Part shown: positions 60,617 through 64,000 of the stretch, one piece after another
Layout of the letters: the number at the start of each line of letters is the position of its first letter
Numbering within the stretch: the first letter of the stretch is position 1
Assembly (NCBI GenBank): GCA_018398765.1
Contig: JAHBMJ010000299.1
Location: forward strand, 62,001 to 126,000
Direction of reading: 5' to 3'
DNA: 64,000 bases
From: Chromera velia
Taxonomy: Eukaryota
Position numbers and translations under genes: made by a program
The notes under the pieces: model-generated
Database searches by the model: none
What the model saw: only the letters and a program-made list of their open reading frames with translations
Told to the model about the DNA's origin: nothing

Positions 60617-62529
60617 AAATTTTAGTAATATGCATGATTAACAGGAATGCTTAACTGAGATGATTAACGTGGCAGAATTTTGCAGCAGGAATGAACAGAC
60701 AATAACAGGTGATAAGGCTGGGAAATACATCTAGAAATACATGTATGCATGTGTACTGTCCCACTAGACCTGGTAAGTTTTGTTTAGACCTAGTCAATGT
60801 CTGTGTCACCCCTTAATTTAAAAGTCTTTGAAAACTCTAGTTTAGAAACTAGTTTAGGCTGGTTTGATTTACTTTAAAGCTAGCTCTAGGGTACTCTAGG
60901 GTTTGCACAACAAAGGTTTTTTTTTTTTGTCTGTTTGTTTTAAAAAAATTAATTAAAGCGTGATTATATCAGAATGATACACAGAATCCCAAGGTCAATT
61001 ATCCCATGCATCCAATTAACCCTCTTCAATTCATTTCACTAGGTTGACTTCAATTGCACGAAAGCCTTATTTCTAGCCTCATTTTTTTTTTTATCCAGAT
61101 ACTTATCCACATTAGAATTGTTATGGAATATGACTGCTGCTGCCTTGTCATACTCAATTGTTTTACGTCCGTTTACCTTGTCTACAGATAGCTAGACACA
61201 CAGGCAACGTTTGTCTCTTCTCCGTACGATAAGTGGATGTCATACCAGGCAACGCTAGAACAGATCTCTATTCGATCAATCAATCAATCAGCAAGCGCGA
61301 CATCTGCATGAAACTGATCGTCTCGCTCGCTCCCCCTAATTCAACCAACGATGCGGAATCATTGCGGATATTTGCACATGCCCCACAAGCTGATCGCACG
61401 GACACATCATGGTCATACATCTTGCCATACACATGCGCGCTTTCTATAGGAAAGGCCGCCGCAAAGGCTGCTATCCCACAATACATGCTTCAGCATATAA
61501 TCATCCTGCTAGCTGGATTGATGCTTAAAGCCTGCATGCCTGCACTCAGACTTTTCAGCTGTCTACTATCTGTTCACTTCTCTCACAAGAATCGAAGCTT
61601 TGCTGTTCGTTATTGGCTAGGTTATTGGTCTAAAGTCTGAACAATCCCAATTCAACCTAAAATTCAAGCGATAAATTTACATATAATTTTAAGTTAAACA
61701 AAAGATAATCCCCTAAAGTAAAATGACAATTAATCAACTGACAGTTGTTTGCATTACAATTTTCCAACTTTCTATGCGTGTGAGTCCGTGTTTGTTTGCA
61801 AAGTGCTTGATGCAATACAGTCGCGCTGCCGCGAGCTTGGATAGACTACAACCCCGGGCTCCATCTGTTTTGTGCTTTTATTAGATTCCTTTCATTTGCT
61901 CGCCAGCTTATGCGTTTTCTTTTGACTCAGTCTCGCTTCCTTGGTTTCCGTGTTTTCGTTTTCAAATGTTGCGCGTGGAGTTGGTATTGCGTCCGGCTGA
62001 AAGGCTTTTCTCTATTTGTTTTCATACATGACTCGCGTGTTTGCCTGTCGTTTGCGGACGTGTTTGAGTGTGCAAATCTCTTTTTGAACACCACTTGAGT
62101 GACGGAAGACGGGTTCCTTTTTCTCGCGGCGGGACAAATACCGATGCATGTGTGTCCGTTCTCGTCCAACCAACGGCCGTTCCCCTTTCTTTTCCGCTTC
62201 CTGAAAACAGATGAACTGATCGATCGCTTGGTTTTCCTTTGGCCTATTCGAGTCAGTGAGAGCGATTTTTTGTTGACTCTTTTCTTGTTCATGTGTCCTC
62301 GTTCTGGGGACTCTGGCCGTCCAACAAAAAACAGACTGGACGGTCGAAACCTATCAGACAATTCATTTGGCAGGCAGGCAGGCAGGCATACAGGTGACTG
62401 GTCAAGCACCGTCTTCACTTTGAGACGATGCTTCCACTTCCTTTGCTTGGCTTCGTCTTCGCCTTCACGACCAAGACGATGAGAAAGAAGCATCAAAAGT
62501 AGGCGAACTTGCAGTTGAGAGGGACGACC

Positions 62530-63350
62530 TTAAAAGTCGACCCACCAAGCGGCCTTCTCGATGTTGCAAAAGTTCTCTCCTCTTGGAATCTTGATCACCT
62601 GCATCCATCCATGCAGACATGCAACCGTTGTTGTGCATGGCCCCGTTTCGATTGTAGTAACATTAAAACGTGAATAAAATAAAAAAGTCACGAAGAATTT
62701 GCGTCGAACTTTGATGTTGTCAGCTCGGCAAGAGAGGCATAAGGAACAGTCAGTCAGGAAGAATCGCAGAATCAATCTTTTCTTCGGTCTCTGAGTTTGG
62801 CCATGCATGAGCTCAACTAACCAGACTCACGCGAAGAGGAAGATCAACAGACAGAAATCCACAAGATAGTCAAGAACCAGTTCTTTCTCTTCTGATGCTG
62901 TACTCGCTCACTACCTTCCTCCCTCCCTCACTCACTGACCTGATCTTGTTGGTTCCCCCAGGCAAACGAATTCCTCACCAGCCAGTAGCTCTTTGTGGTT
63001 CCGTCCTTCAACTCGTCGGTGCCGTACCCAACAATGGCCACGGCATGCCCGACCTGCAGGAGACCCGGCAGTTGCGCAAAGGGCGAATGAGGTGACGACT
63101 TGAAGAGCAGACAGTTCATGAGCAGAAAGAGATACGTATCGGAGACGAGCAAGGCTCAAAACAAAACTTCAAAGAAATTCGTGAAACAGCTCATGCACAC
63201 CAGACCGCCGAACGGAGCAAGACAGAGAACGCCCAATTTAGAAATGAAGCAAGAAAAATCACCAAGCGGACAACGCAAAAGTAGATACGTCTATACACGC
63301 AGACTGGCTGAATTGACGACCCCACCCCCATAGACACCCACCGAGAGAGA

Positions 63351-63393
<43 letters not shown>

Positions 63394-63716
63394 ACTTCGT
63401 AATGGCGCACATCATTTTTTCTGTGGAATTGTTCCTCGTTTCCCATGGCTCAGACTCTCGATTTTCAGTCAGAGTCATGGACAATTCGAATCTAGTGAAT
63501 ATATCTTAACAAAATTTCATTTGATGCACGCACCTCGTCGGGATTGTTCTTCATGTCGCATTTGCTCTTCGGGTACAGGTCCGCGTCGACCTTCGCAAGC
63601 TTTACAGAGGCTTCCTTCTTGATGCCCACTGCGATGGGTCCCCCCTGTAGGGCCTTGATCATGTCCTTGACGTGATTCACGGCGGTCTTCTTGAAGGAGA
63701 CACCAGAGGAGACATA
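62530..63716 (-). CDS. Papain-family (C1A) cysteine protease, 3' exons only
   Basis: Exons 63716-63534, 63053-62940 and 62598-62530 splice to ...IKALQGGPIAVGI...NPDEVGHAVAIVGYGTDELKDGTTKSYWLVRNSFAWGNQQDQVIKIPRGENFCNIEKAAWWVDF*. Catalytic His and Asn motifs are present; the catalytic Cys exon lies beyond the window. Confidence 0.85.
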
Positions 63717-63835
63717 CTGCAGCCAGGATAAAATAAATATGCGCTAAGAGATGTATATCAGAACTTTTCATGTGCCTCCTGGCCGTGTCTGTCATAAGAG
63801 ACTATGAAACACTAAGTAAGCAAGTAAGTCAGTAA

Positions 63836-63882
63836 CTCTCTCTCTCTCTCTGTCTCTCTCTGTCTCTCTCTCTCTCTCTTTC

Positions 63883-63922
<40 letters not shown>

Positions 63923-63945
63923 CGTGCGTGCGTGTGTGTATGAGT
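63836..63945. repeat. Compound (CT)n/(GT)n microsatellite (similar intronic tracts at 3539-3567, 6408-6500, 6866-6927, 27167-27255, 43828-43900, 63355-63391)
   Basis: Direct inspection of dinucleotide runs. Confidence 0.9.
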
Positions 63946-64000
63946 GAGTGAGTATGTGACAGAGAGGGGGGCATGCGGCTGCAGAGAGAGGCGGCAGTCT

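Noticed and set aside
1..64000. tRNA, rRNA or spliced-leader RNA genes; a prokaryotic operon around crtI or HlyIII
   Set aside because: No recognisable cloverleaf or rRNA-conserved segments by eye (a covariance-model search was not possible). crtI has spliceosomal introns and its neighbours are unrelated eukaryotic genes.

Overview
Intron-rich eukaryotic nuclear DNA. It is most consistent with a photosynthetic alveolate of the chromerid (Chromera-like) type; this is an inference from TGCATGCA clusters, a bipartite plastid-type presequence and microsatellite-rich GT-AG introns. GC-rich spliced genes alternate with sharply bounded AT-rich islands of decayed mobile DNA. Genes: RBM25-like RRM/PWI splicing factor (5'-partial), an intronless secreted protein, an SREK1/SRSF11-like SR protein, a probably plastid-targeted CrtI-family carotenoid desaturase, a multi-exon hypothetical gene, a haemolysin-III/PAQR membrane protein, a ~13.5-kb Slo/BK-type K+ channel lacking the acidic Ca2+ bowl, and the 3' end of a papain-family protease. 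Mobile DNA: a 4.6-kb TIR element (8-bp TSD) with a nested hAT-like element (8-bp TSD), several MITEs, a dead endonuclease-less Penelope-like reverse transcriptase, and a 4-kb LTR element with no gag/pol but an antisense, apparently intron-bearing cargo gene. The most striking cross-cutting signal is that every repeat pair compared differs almost only by C<->T/G<->A transitions. Transposon ORFs are also killed by stops one such transition away from Gln/Trp/Arg codons. This points to a repeat-targeted cytosine-deamination defence (5mC-driven or RIP-like). All exon boundaries, alignments and counts were read by eye and are approximate.
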